Assembly: GCF_032191835.1 (NCBI RefSeq)
Contig: NC_083237.1
Location: 23,684,001 to 23,748,000, forward strand
Direction: 5' to 3'
Source: Heteronotia binoei
Taxonomy: Eukaryota
Length of the DNA stretch: 64,000 bases
A program made the translations under genes and the position numbers. Each line of letters starts with the position of its first letter. The stretch's first letter is position 1. Under the pieces are notes generated by a model, which was not told the origin of the DNA, made no database searches, and was given only the letters and a program-made list of their open reading frames with translations. Below are positions 1 to 24,612 of this stretch, piece by piece.

Positions 1-330
1 CGCCTCTTGGCTCAGCGCGCCTCCAATCAACTCGCAGCGGCTCGTTTCATCTCCTAGGGGCCCGCCCCTAAACTCTCCCTTGTTGCTTAGTCGCGAGTTC
101 GAATGGCGGTCGTGGGGAGGGGGCGGGTTTGCGGAGCGGAGGAGCGGCAGTTGTGGGCGGAGGTGTCCTGGGCCAAGGCAGGTGTGCTTGTGTCACTGCT
201 GACGCCAGGCGGCCGCGGCCTTGTAGTTCTGAGCCTGACAGCGCCGGCGAGGCTCTTCTCAGGGCGGAATCGGACGGGGTGGCCTTGCGCGAGGCGTGGC
301 GCTCGCTGCAGACTCCATGACACTCATTCC
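1..330. promoter_or_regulatory. CpG-island-like promoter, target gene unassigned
   Basis: Dense CpG; CCAAT at 23-27; GC boxes (cccgcccc 61-68, ggggcggg about 119-126); ttgtagtt (ACTACA-type) about 221-228; strong plus-strand donor AG|GTAAGC at 582/583. Confidence 0.6.
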
Positions 331-689
331 ACTGGAAGAGAAGGAAGGCAGATAGATGGGGGAGTGAGAGGTGGAAAGAAAGCAACTTTAAATGCATTTT
401 CTAACAGACGGAGTGTCTGCTTTCACCACCGGCAAAGCGGCCTGACAGCTCTCACTGGACTCTCGTGAACCAGCATTAACCACAGGGTTTGCGAGTCCAT
501 TCCCAGAGATAGATTAGTTATACAGTTTTGGGAGCTGTCATTCCACACCTATAGCAGGGAATTTAAGCAGATCTGCTCAGAGGTAAGCCCGTTTTATTTA
601 GTGAGGCTTACTCCTAGGAAAGGGAACACAGTTTGAGTCCAGTAAACACAGCTACCCACCTTAATCTATCCTAGGAAAATAGGAAGAGT

Positions 690-770
690 CCAGTAGCACC
701 TTTAAGACTTAACACATTTTATTGTAGCATAACCTTTCGAGAAACACAACTCTTTTTGTCAGATGCATTC
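690..770 (-). mobile_element. Penelope-like element terminal fragment
   Basis: agtagcacctttaagact...tagcataacctttcgaga...gtcagatgc, typical of reptile Penelope ends (recognised from memory); related pieces at about 3985-4210, 7830-7910, 17280-17400, 17860-17925, 23665-23725, 40475-40550. Confidence 0.55.
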
Positions 771-1888
771 TCTGTCCTAGGAAAGGGGTTTTAGGAACAC
801 AGCAGGCATCATTCTGCATGCAGAAACCAAATTCACACCTTTGCTTCTCTTGATTCCTTCTTCATTTTATTTTATTTGCTTCTTTCCCATGGGCTTCAGG
901 GGAAAAGAAGGGGAGCCCAGTTAAATCAATTAAACATCAGTAGTTTCCATTATATCCAGTGGGCCTCCAGGAAACTTCCATCGTTCGTATACATCCCATA
1001 TAAAGAATTGTAAATGTATATGCAACCTTTTATAAATGTATTGTTATTTTTTATTGCATTTGATTAATTGCCCTATCCCAGCTAGTGTCAAGCTCTGGGT
1101 GATGTACAACATTTAAAAAATACATAAAAACATACATTAAAAAGATTAAAAACCCTGATGGCATCTTTAAAGTGCTCTTATTCAGTCATTACATCATTTC
1201 TAACCTATTCCATCTATGGAAATTAGCAAAGCTATGCCTATTGGATTTCTGCCTGTTGCACAGTTGTGAGTCACAGGAGCTCTGCTAGCAGCTTCCAAAG
1301 ATTTCTTTCTGCAAGCCTCTGTGGCCGTCTTTCTGGATAAAAAGAAACATTAATTAGGAAGGCCTCATGGCTACAGTGACAAATGTTGGGAGGGGCAGAG
1401 AGAGAATTGTGGAACTGCTATGAAGGATGGCCTAATGGAGAGGTAGCATTCCACTCTCATAAAATTAGGGCAAAAGAGGAAACAGAGGCTGGCTGGAGAT
1501 GGAGACTTCTGGGCCCTTGAGGGAGGTTAGTAATATTTGTGCTTTCAGACACACTGGTGAGAAAGGGGAACATGACTTTGTTATTTTAAAACACTTTGAG
1601 AACTCTGCCCTGAAAATGAAACACTGATGCAAAACTCACAGTAGTTTTGCAGGCAAAAAAAAAAAAAAAATGCTGCTTGTTTTCTCCCTTGGGACCTTAC
1701 AGCATCGTTTTTGCACCACTAAATTAGCCCCTTCCTATATTTGTGATGAGAAAATACTACCTCCTTGATAGTTTATTTTCATTCATGCAACAAATCCACC
1801 TGTTTAATACCAAGTTTGTTCAGAGGGAAAAGTAAAACAAAAGCTGCATTTGCACATTGTTGGATATTGCATTATTATTGTGCTATAC

Positions 1889-2169
1889 CAGGGGTGGCCA
1901 AACTTAATGTAAGAGCCACACAGAATAAATGTCAGATGTTTCAGACCCAGGAAGGCAGGTGGGCAAATAGATGGGGAGGAGGAAGAGGTGGAAAGAAAGC
2001 AACTTTAAATGAATTCTCCAAGCTGCTGACTGGCTTGGCTTGGAGGAGGAATTTAAAGAGAGAAATGCCTTCTCCAAGCCAGCCCACAGGGCAGTGGAGG
2101 CTTCAAAAGCCACACAATATGTGTGAAACAGCCACATGTGGCTCCTGAGCCACAGTTTGGCCATCCCCG
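1889..2169 (+). mobile_element. hAT-type MITE
   Basis: TIRs caggggtggccaaact / agtttggccatccccg; 8-bp TSD tgctatac / tgctattt; internal segment also present at about 335-410. Confidence 0.8.
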
Positions 2170-2240
2170 TGCTATTTTTTAGCAAGCTTTTGCAACTGGA
2201 CTGTCATGTGCACCAGGAAAATTGAGTTGCCAATGATTGC

Positions 2241-2390
2241 TTCTCATTAGATCTTGGAAGCTAAGCAGGGTCAGCCCTGGTTACTACGTCCAGGGTTGCT
2301 ACACTGAGGCTGGCAATGGCAGACCACCTCCGAACATCTCATCTTGAAAACCCTACCAAGTTGGCATAAGACAACTGTGACTTGATTGCA
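2241..2390 (+). mobile_element. 5S rRNA-derived SINE (5S-Sauria-like), internally deleted
   Basis: gatcttggaagctaagcagggtcagccctggtta matches the 5S rRNA internal region, followed by a ggcaatggcagaccac tail. Confidence 0.7.
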
Positions 2391-3667
2391 AAAACAAACA
2401 AAAGTGATAGCACAATATTCAGTGACTTGTGGATGCAATTGCAAAAGGCCGTGTTGGGACAACTTAGACTCTAAAGGTTGAATCTAAATGGTCTCTTGTG
2501 ATTGATGGACCTTTCCAGCAGTGGAACACCCCTCTTCCATTGGAGGAAGCCTCCACTCCCCACCCCGGCCCAGGAAGGGTCCATGATAGTGGAGCATTGC
2601 TTGAACTCAGCCCAGTTATGTTTATTGAGGCATTAGCTTTTGTGTACTGGAGCTTTCTTTATCAGAGGCATGAAGAACTACTGTCACTGGCAAATATATA
2701 CATATGTGGGTAAAAAGCAAGAGCTGTGCACAGTGAGCACATCTGTGATGTGTGAGAGATTTGGCTAGTGGCATTTCTATGTAAAGCTCAACAATTCACA
2801 GGATAAACCCAGTGATCATTGACAGCTGCAGTCACTAGTGCTTCCATGATTTCTGAACTCATTTAATATTGTAGTGGGTGGGAAAGCCTTGACCTTGATT
2901 GAGCTTAAAACAAGAGAGGTTCTCCCTCTTTCATTTTTGTGGCATCGCTTGCTGCATAAGTGGAGACCATTTGCTTTTGAAGGATTCTTTTATTTTGTTC
3001 ATCCTACATTCTTGCAGCCTTCCCTTCACACATTGTCATTCATGTTACCACCTTGCAAACAAACAAAAGAGTCCTATGACAGTTCTTGAGGATTTATTTC
3101 CCTCTTTAGGCATACATCTGGAGAAGAGAGCTTTTGCCTACAACCCCCCCCCCCCAATGCCACAATGAATCTGACTCAGAGTGTAAAGAGCTACAACCTT
3201 TTAAGCACAATGTCTTCAGTACAGTTCCTTCAATAGAGACTTCAATAGAGTCTTTAGGGTACCACAGGAGTCTGTTGGTTTTGTGGCAACAGCCAAGGAT
3301 AGCTACCTTTTATTTTATTTTTATTTATTTAATTTTATGATTGTTGCTTTTATGGTTTTATTATATTGTGTGAACTGCCCCAAGCAGGTCTCTGGTGGCA
3401 TATACATTCCCCCCTCACCCCCAAATAACTAAATTAATAAATGCACTTTTGTTCATGGAAAAGCTGTATGTCTCTAGAGTCTGCTTAACTTATTCTGCAG
3501 GTTTCATTCATTGGCATCATGTAATCTACTTTTTAAGGGGAGAGGCAGGATCGCAAATTAGAGTCCACAACCCACTGGAAATATTATCCAGAAATTCTTC
3601 TGGTTTCCAAGTACTAAGCCTGCACTAAGTGCTACTCCCTTTCAGTCAGATTAGTAGTGGTAGTAGC

Positions 3668-3862
3668 CAATACTCCCTCTAAGTTGTGGAGCCTTGTGAG
3701 CAAAAATTCAACTTTGTGAGCTACTGGCATTAAAGTTGTGAGCTACTGCATAAATGAGTTTGCTCTGGGGCCATTTTTCCTGAGCTAAGGTAAAAAATGT
3801 GTTAGCCGGAGGCTAAAAAGTTGTGAGTTAGCTCACACTAACTCAGCGTAGAGGGAACACTG
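3668..3862 (+). mobile_element. hAT-type MITE family A, copy 1
   Basis: TIRs caatactccctctaag / cgtagagggaacactg; 8-bp TSD gtagtagc / gtggtagc. Confidence 0.8.
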
Positions 3863-5179
3863 GTGGTAGCTGTCCCTCCATGCTTCTGATGTATTACAGA
3901 GCATACTGTCTGTGCATCTGGTGTGTTACACAGAGCATCCACTATAAGTAGAACAAAGTAGGAGTCAAACAAAGTAGGAGTCAAGTATCACCTTTCAGAC
4001 CTACAAAGTTTTATTCAGAATGTAAGCTTTCATGTGTGCATGCACACTTCTTCAGATGAGGAATCAGGTACAGTGAGCGGAGCTACATACAGCTGGTAAG
4101 CAATGGTTTAGAATGCAAAATGGTACAAATTTAAAAGCCAATGACAGAATAGTAAAATTAACAAAATGAGCAAACTAGAAGTGTCTTTGTCCTGCGGAAC
4201 TTAGAGTTAAAGTGGCACACATGCCACTACAGCTGCTTTTCAGCTTCTTTCTTGCTAAACGAGTCCACTTCTACAGAGCAGAAGTCCCCCCTAGACAGGA
4301 CCTTTGGCAATGCCTCCAGGCTGTTTTCATTCCCCACTTCAGCTACCTGCACCTAAAAGCCTGTCTTTCTCTCTGCTCACTCCAAGCCTTGACAGGTGCA
4401 TTCCCCACAGGGGACCATCCACAGCCATTAAAACAACCTTTAGCATTTCTTTTGTCAAAGCTCAGATGTTAATCTCTCCCTTACTACTTGAGGGCAAAGC
4501 CATGCAATAGACTCATTCACAGATCTCAGACAGCAAACTCACACTAAGAATCTGCAGTGCCATAAGGACCAGACATTGGGTGATGACTTAAACCTGTGAT
4601 TCCATGGGATTCCACTGTCCCCAGGACTAAAATCTGAGGGCTTTTTCGAGCTCTTTAGGAATTCAGGCAAACAAGTTTCTCAGAGGTGAATGGATGAGGA
4701 AAGGAGATAAAGGTTTAGACGTGTACACAGCTAGTTTTAGGAACATAAAACAGTATCTAAAGTGCTCCAGATTATATCAGTTCTTGCAAACAATGCTAAT
4801 GGCGAGCTAGAAATGCTCCACAGAAGACTTCTAGCAGAAAAGCTCTACATAATTGGGAAACCTGCAACCCTGCAGACTTTTTTTGGTTCAGCAAAATAAT
4901 CTGTTTCAATCCATTTCAAACCAGAAAGCTTTTGAATTGTGCAGAAACCCATCTCTGGGCAGGAGCCAAAGAAATCTGTGCAACTTGGAAACTTGCTCCT
5001 CTGACAAATACAAGTGGCTCAAGAAGCCAGGCAATTATAATGATGGGACAACTATATATAACTATAATGGTGTGAAATAGATGAAAATTAGAGAAACGGG
5101 GTTTTTTGGGGGGTGGGGGGAGGCTGGCAGATGGAAGCACCAAGGAGAAAGATACAAGCAGAGATGCCACTTGCTGCAC

Positions 5180-5302
5180 GCTGGCCCTTTAAGAGACCAA
5201 CCCTCCCAGCTCTGACAGTTCCAGGGCGATGGCTCTGTTAAAAAGCTCTGAGCCGCTTGGTCTCCAATTCATTGTGTGGCACATCCGTTACAAAGGCTGC
5301 AG
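5180..5302 (+). promoter_or_regulatory. CORO1A: Putative CORO1A promoter and non-coding exon 1
   Basis: TATA-like ttaaaaa about 5238-5244; donor CAG|GTGAGA at 5302/5303 followed by G-runs; exon 2 acceptor at 6355/6356 needs an upstream exon. Inference only. Confidence 0.4.
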
Positions 5303-6327
5303 GTGAGAGCGCTGGGTGGGAGGATGGGGGGAGGAAGGACTTTGGGTTGGGAGGGAGGGGAAGCAGTGGAAAGTATGTGTGTGTGGGGGAGACCCTTGCT
5401 TGTGCAGCAAAGCGGGGTGGGGGGGGGCTCCAGGAATCATTTGATCATGCCTGTAGCACTTTCTAATGTGGAAAGCAATGCACAGTCCTGCTCTTCTTCG
5501 TCCTCTGCAGAACCCTGTGAGGTGGATCACACTATCAGTCCCATTGTAAAGACTGGGAAACTGAGGCACGAGGCAGACTTCCCTCAAGAAGGCTCACATG
5601 ATGTCGTTTGGCTGATGCTTCAGATTTCATTGATTTGTTGTACTTGGAATCAAATTATAGCATGGCAAATCAGTGAAATCTGCAGCAAGTCAGTGAAATC
5701 CTGCAATTTAGTCTACCTCAGAGGATTGTTGCAAGGATAAAACAGGATCATCTTTTGTTCACCTCCCCCATCCTCTTTGGAAGGAAGTGAGGGATAAAAT
5801 GTCTTGAATACTGCAATTTTACCTGTTCTGTGTGTGACCTGGAGTGGAATTTGTGCAATGTGTGGCTTGGCTGTTTTGCTTGAGCTATCCAAACAGTGAC
5901 AGTCTGCAACCCTGGATGCGTTTACCAGACAGTAAAGTCTCACTGAACCCTGCAGGATTTACTTCTGAGTAAACACACTTGGGATCGGACTGGGTGGTGA
6001 ACAAGGTTGCCTGCTCTCTGCTTGTGGAACTCTCTGCCAGTTGGCTATAAAACTAGTGGTGGACTAATTGGCCAGTTGGAGCCGCTGTGGGGGTGCAAAT
6101 ATGTATTCATTCACAGACAGATCTCCCATGCCAAGATCCTTGGTTCTTCTGAGGTAGTGTCACAATGAAAAGCAATGAACAAATTTGGGGGGGGGCATGC
6201 AACCAGACCTCCTGTATAGTCTAGGGCACAGTGGGCTGACCGAAGTTTCAAGCACATCAGCAGGTCTGAGGGGGTGAGCTGGGGCTGAGCTTTGGGCTTT
6301 TAATTTGGGATCGGTGCCCCCTACTAA

Positions 6328-19153
<12,826 letters not shown>

Positions 19154-19734
19154 GAAATCCTGGGCTGTCTGGATCCCCAATCAATCTGTTTCCCCATCTG
19201 TCACACCGGACTTGATTTCAGCAGTCTTTTTGAAGCCCTCCAGTCTTTCATGGGTGGATCCTCAGGGCATTATTAAGCTCCACCCACCCCTTCCAAAACT
19301 CAGGGCAGAAAGGGATCTGCCAGGGCTGTTCCCTACCACAGCTTGCCCGTCACAGGCTTGACATGTGCTGTGTAAATGCCTAACTTTCCACAAGGAGGCA
19401 GTAAGTGGACCTGCTGGCTACACTTCTGGGAAGTTAAAGGCAGCCTTCTCAAATTCTGTAGCCCTTCCCCTTCAGAGGCTATTGACTCTCCCAGAGGGTA
19501 GGAAGGATGCCTGCTTTCTCCCTTGCCATTTTCCCCCAGCAAAGGACTCCCTTCTCCAGAAGCTAAGCAGGAACAATCAGAGGATCATCCTCTTCATTTG
19601 GACTTCGGAGCGCAGGGATTGCATTCTGGCAATTAAACCGATGGCTCAGTTTAAAAAACCCGCCCAAAACTCTGGTAAGCTAAAACTATGCCCTTAACTA
19701 TGTAGCTGATTTTGGATTTTTTTTTAAAAAAGCA

Positions 19735-19740
19735 AATAAA
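19735..19740 (+). terminator. Candidate CORO1A poly(A) signal
   Basis: AATAAA in 3' UTR; further ones at 19846, about 19870, 20140 and 20392. Confidence 0.5.
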
Positions 19741-20672
19741 TACTTTTATTTTAAAAGCCCTGCAGCTGGCAAAGCCCTTTTTAAAAAGCAACATTCTGTG
19801 CCCCCGGTGTGAGAGGAGGAATGCCTCTTCCATGATGCCTACTGCAATAAAATATGTGCATCATCTCAAAATAAAACAACTTTTTCCTTGTAGAGCTATG
19901 TGGGTTTTTTTTAATAATTTGCACATTTATGCAGATGGATTAAAAATCTGACTACAGTTTCTTTAAGTGACAGCCCTCAGTTTGGCTCTTATCACAGTGA
20001 CAGCTGGGTGTTTACATTTGCAGCCTTCTGCAGAGGACTTTGAAGCAGGACAGATGACAGACCACCACTGTCAGCAGGGTTTTTTCCATACCCAAAGGCC
20101 AATCCAGGGGTGCCTGGTCCGTAGGCACCACCAGAGGGCAATAAATATATATCTGTTCCAATATTCCCCTGTGTGACACACCAAGTCATTCCAGATTGCT
20201 ACTTTCTGGAAAGACCAGAAGGCAGCGCTCCGCTCTCATTTCCAACAGTTTGCCAGGCCTGGAAAAAGCCCAGTTCAACACATTCTATTTACCAGTTTCT
20301 GAATATATCAGACTTTGCTGGATACCAGAAGGACATTCTTTCTCCGTATATGGTCAGGCTGCCGATCACCCTCTCTCTTCGGGGGAGCTTTAATAAAGCC
20401 TGTAAATAGCTGCCAGCAGCATTTCTTTGGGCCCAGAGTGGGGAGGCAGTAGGACAGCTCAATGTTCATCCTCCTAAAAGGACATTTTAAAACATGCAAT
20501 CATGCTGGAAGAGAAGGGATCACACCCACATCCTTATTTCCATGCTCTTCAACCTTTCCAGACCTTTCCATTAGAAATTTATTCTTTTGAGTTTTTAACA
20601 TTTAGGTATAAAAGAAAACCTCACTGACCAGACAGAGCCAAGAGAGACACCTCATATACTCAGGAAACCATT

Positions 20673-20678
20673 TTTATT
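20673..20678 (-). terminator. Candidate BOLA2 poly(A) signal
   Basis: AATAAA on the minus strand about 170 nt after the stop. Confidence 0.55.
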
Positions 20679-20844
20679 TGCTGCTGCATGCTCTCTTTCA
20701 AGTCCTTCTAACACTCCCACCCCAGGGGGGTGGGCTAAGTGCTCTGGACGGGTCCCTCATCTGCATCAGACATTTCTCCCACTGCTGTCTTTCCCTCCTC
20801 TTAAGGAGATATTCTGGTCTTCCTGTCCAAGGAGGGTGCAGCTC

Positions 20845-20947
20845 TCACTTGGCTTCTTGCTCTTTGGCCCACTGTTCTGGCGTCAGAGTTCGCTGTTCAA
20901 AGGCATGAATGTGTTTCAGCTCTTCTGCTAAGACTTCATTGACCAGC
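20845..20947 (-). CDS. BOLA2: BOLA2 exon 3
   Basis: LVNEVLAEELKHIHAFEQRTLTPEQW, TGA at 20845-20847. Confidence 0.95.
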
Positions 20948-23408
20948 CTGGGCAGAGGAGTGGGAAGAACAGAGAGTGAAAAGAGTAGAAATGGGGAGAA
21001 GATTAGGAACATGTTTCTGTGGTCTCCTGCTTCTAGAATTTCTCAAGCTCCACCTAGGCTGCTGGCAGCAACATCAACCAAAAATGATGAGTCAGACTGG
21101 CATTACAGAGGCCGTGTGGATCAGGGCTGGGTGGGTTTTACCCAATCAAATTTGAACATGTATATGAAGAGGCACATGAAAGGCAACATTTGCCAACTGG
21201 AGACAGTACAGGGTAGTATATTAGGAGCAGAAAAGCCACCATTGTGACACCTTTTCTAAAATATATGGTTCCAGCTGCTCCATGAAAACGTTAGTCATGA
21301 TCTGGAAAAAGTGCACAAAAGGCCAACTAAAATGACCATGAAGTTGGAGATGCTTTTGTTTTTTTAAAAAAAAAAAGCAAAGCTGGTGCATTTGTCTTCC
21401 TTGCCTCCCTCACACCAAGGGAAGCTGAGACTTAATGGAAAAGGAGATGACAGAGAATCATAAAGTTCTGAATTAGATGGAGAGGATGAACTGCAGGGGT
21501 TCCGCCCCCCTGCCCCCCATCCTCTTCTAATATTGTACGTTTTGGGAAGATCATATCAAAACTGACTGGACAGGACAGACGAAAGTACTTCTCGCCAGAA
21601 CACATAATCAGCCTTTGACTGAGAGTGCAGATGTTTAACCATCTCAGCCTCTCCTGCTCACAGCAATCTATTATCTGACTAACATCCTGCAGGAGATACT
21701 ATGAACAACCTTGAAGTTGTTCTTAGCTGCAATCTTGTTTCTGTTTGTTTTAATTTGGATTTTAGATCATATGCTTATTGCGGTTTGGTTTTATATGTTG
21801 TGAGCCATCCTAAAACCATTTGTGTGATAGGATGGGATACAAGTTTAAATAAATAAATTCTCTGCCATAGGAGAACATGATGACCACTGCCTTAGATAGT
21901 CTTAAAGGGGTAAGTTATCAAAAACAGTTAATAGTTCCCTCTGAAACAATTAAATTTCTATGCAGTCCCACTTACCGGTGCCGCTGGAGCAGTGGTTTCC
22001 CCTGGAACTGTGGGGAAACTACCAAAACTTTGAAGCTTGTGGCACAGCGTCCGGGGGTTGTGTCTTCCACCTCCTTCCATGGCAGGGGGAAAAGAAATTT
22101 AACATTGTTTGGAAAAGGATCTGTCACCCTCTTCACTGCAAATAATCTTAAATTGAGACACTGGCATATTATGAACTAATTTGTCTGCATACTTCAAGAG
22201 CATATTTGAGTGAAACATGCACATAGAGAACCAGGGAGAAAACAAAAGGTTTTGAAATACAGTTAGTGAGGAAACTGGTCTGTATCCAAATATGCAGTTG
22301 TGAAGATCTGTTTTCAATTAATATATAGGTCTATCTTTCTCTTAGACAACTGTGAATGAAGGCAGGCAACAGTAAACAACTATCAAAACACAGCACCAGC
22401 AACACAAACACATTCAACAGACCCACAAAGTACTAGCTGACTTCTTAAGAATTTAAGAGATCTAATTTGTCTTAAGCAGTGATTTCTACTGATATTCCGT
22501 CCACTGCAGATTCCACTTTGCCCCCTATGCCCTCCCCAGTGTCCACTAATCCTCAGGCGGAAAAATTCAATGGGCAACAAAAATAGGGACACAGAAAAGT
22601 TATGTGCCTGAAGACACCTAATGTTGGATCCAGGCCATACAAAGCCAGGATGCAACTGAGGATCTGCAGGAAGATATTCTAAAAGAAGTCAGGTCAGAGA
22701 AAGCACCAAAAGTCTAGGAAAAATGTTGGGCAAGTAGTAAGAAACAAGGGATATGTAAGAAGGAGCCTAATGGCTTTTCTAAGCAGGAAATATTATTTAA
22801 AAAAAAGAATACAGCTAAATGGAACTCAGGTCCAAAACTAGACAGCTGCCACATCTGCCAGAAAGCTGAGCAAGGCCCACCAGTCCGGGGGCATGCTCTC
22901 CTTACCCCTTCAGTACACTGTAAGTGGTTTCCACGTATTGGCTGAACAAGCCAGGAGACCTTAGAACATGCAACACGATTCGAGCTCCACCTAGGTTCAC
23001 GCTGCTGCATCATTTGTTGGGTGCATCAGTCTACCATTTCTTCACTCGCCCTTCGTAACTGGAATCATGCAGTTTTTAATTACATATTACTACCCCCTTT
23101 ATGCCGCATTACCTGACAAAATAAGGAAGGTATTTATAAGGATTTCCGGAAAATAGCACAGCCTTGAAAAAAAACTCACTCCCCACTCCTATTCCACATC
23201 TAAATCTACGACCCGACTCCCTTACCTAGTAGTAAATCACATTAAACACAGCGGGACTTACTCCCGAGCAAAACAAAGGATTATAAAGAACAGGAGGGGA
23301 AGAGGAAGAAGGGGAGCAGCGAGTTCCTCTTACCACATGCTCGGCTTCCAGGCCCTGCAACAGCCGTTCCCGCAAAGACTCCGCGCTGAGAACTACGGAC
23401 GCCTCCAT
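20845..23408 (-). CDS. BOLA2: BolA-like protein 2, 91 aa, 3 exons
   Basis: complement(join(23334..23408,21976..22073,20845..20947))=276 nt: MEASVVLSAESLRERLLQGLEAEHV-EVEDTTPGRCATSFKVLVVSPQFQGKPLLQRHR-LVNEVLAEELKHIHAFEQRTLTPEQWAKEQEAK*. Confidence 0.96.
21976..22073 (-). CDS. BOLA2: BOLA2 exon 2
   Basis: EVEDTTPGRCATSF...LLQRHR; AAG acceptor, GTAAGT donor. Confidence 0.95.
23334..23408 (-). CDS. BOLA2: BOLA2 exon 1 (coding part)
   Basis: ATG at 23408, donor GTG|GTAAGA. Confidence 0.93.
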
Positions 23409-23409
23409 C

Positions 23410-23930
23410 CTATTTACAAAGACGCCGCGAATGAAAGAGAACCACCAGTCACCCCATTTCCGCCTATGGTGTACGTCACATCCCTCTCTACTAAGGGTTC
23501 CGCCTTGTTTAACCAATCAGGCCCGAGTATAATCTAGCATTCCGTTTCTGCCCGTACTTTACATCGCTTCCGCCAACTCCAGCATTTTCTTTGATGGGGC
23601 GGGATAGTTCCGCTCACTAGCCAATAGGAGGAAAGGAGGGAAACGGCAAAAAAAATTCAAAGAGTAGCTTGAAAGCTCACACCCTGAATAACACTTAGTT
23701 GGTCTTAAAGTGCCATTGGACTCTAACTTAATCTAAAATTAGGGGGAGAGGGATAGCGTTGCCAAGGCAACCACCGACCGGCAATCCTCAAGTCACTCCC
23801 GGTAGTGGAAGGGCGCAGTGCATGATGGTAAGTGGCAATGCGTTCAACCTGTTTGAAAGGCGCAGGGGGTGATGGGAAGTGTCAAAGTTGTGAAGCCAGG
23901 CTGTGTTGGAAAGCAGGCTTGTAAGGTAAG
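23410..23930. promoter_or_regulatory. Bidirectional BOLA2/SLX1 CpG promoter and SLX1 non-coding first exon
   Basis: CpG-rich; CCAAT boxes (about 23513, 23621); several ttccg ETS-like cores; ggggcggg; plus-strand donors ATG|GTAAGT (23828) and AAG|GTAAGG (23926). Confidence 0.7.
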
Positions 23931-24439
23931 GGATACACGAGCGTTCATCAGTTTTCTCATGGGTACGGGGTTTTGTGCTGTGAGACAGGCAGCAGTTCAA
24001 ACATGTGAGGTTTCCCCCACCTTAGAGATGCTGAATTTCTACCTGTTGTGATGCGGCTGTTAAAATCTAGGAGCTGTGTTAGAGGAACCGGGACAATCCC
24101 CAGCAGGTAGGATTGCAAATTCCTGTTTGGGAAATTGTAGAAGAGGAAATTGGGGAGGAGGAAGCTGGGATTGAAGGAGGGATCTCAGCAAGGTATAATG
24201 CCGAAGTCCACCTTCCAAAGTGCCATTTTCTCCATGGGAACTGATCTCTGTCATATGGAAATAAGATGCAATTTCAGATCTCCAGACCCTGCCAGGAGGT
24301 GGGCAATCCTACCAGCAGGACACAAAGGCGGGTGGGAAACTCAAGAGGTGTTAGAATGAGGGGAGACCACTCTTCTAACACATATTCTTTCTACATCCAG
24401 GTCTCTCAGCCCTAGCCTACGAATCCCTCTGAGGCAGCT

Positions 24440-24612
24440 ATGGTGGTGGAGGTGTGCAGCTTCTTTGGAGTCTACCTTCTGTATTGCACCAACCCACGTT
24501 ACCATGGCCGAGTTTATGTCGGCTTCACTGTTAATCCTGAACGACGAATAGGTCAGCATAATGCTGGGAAGCGTCGTGGAGGGGCTTGGAAGACAAGTGG
24601 CCGTGGGCCTTG
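24440..24612 (+). CDS. SLX1: SLX1 coding exon 1
   Basis: [57 protein letters not shown]. Confidence 0.95.

Noticed and set aside
68-468. MAPK3 or other coding first exon in the CpG island
   Set aside because: None of the four ORFs resembles ERK1 or any protein I recognise; part overlaps a MITE fragment
2241-2290. 5S rRNA gene (also 10541, 14835, 41515, 48175)
   Set aside because: Partial, diverged 5S heads fused to BovB-related tails
4579-4637. C/D box snoRNA (GTGATGA...CTGA)
   Set aside because: No terminal stem, short, not in a supported intron; a similar TGATGA pair near 43030-43070 also lacks a matched D box
22900-23000. Alternative BOLA2 exon 2 (NRVACSKVSWLV)
   Set aside because: Superficial similarity only; the exon at 21976-22073 matches fully and fits both phases
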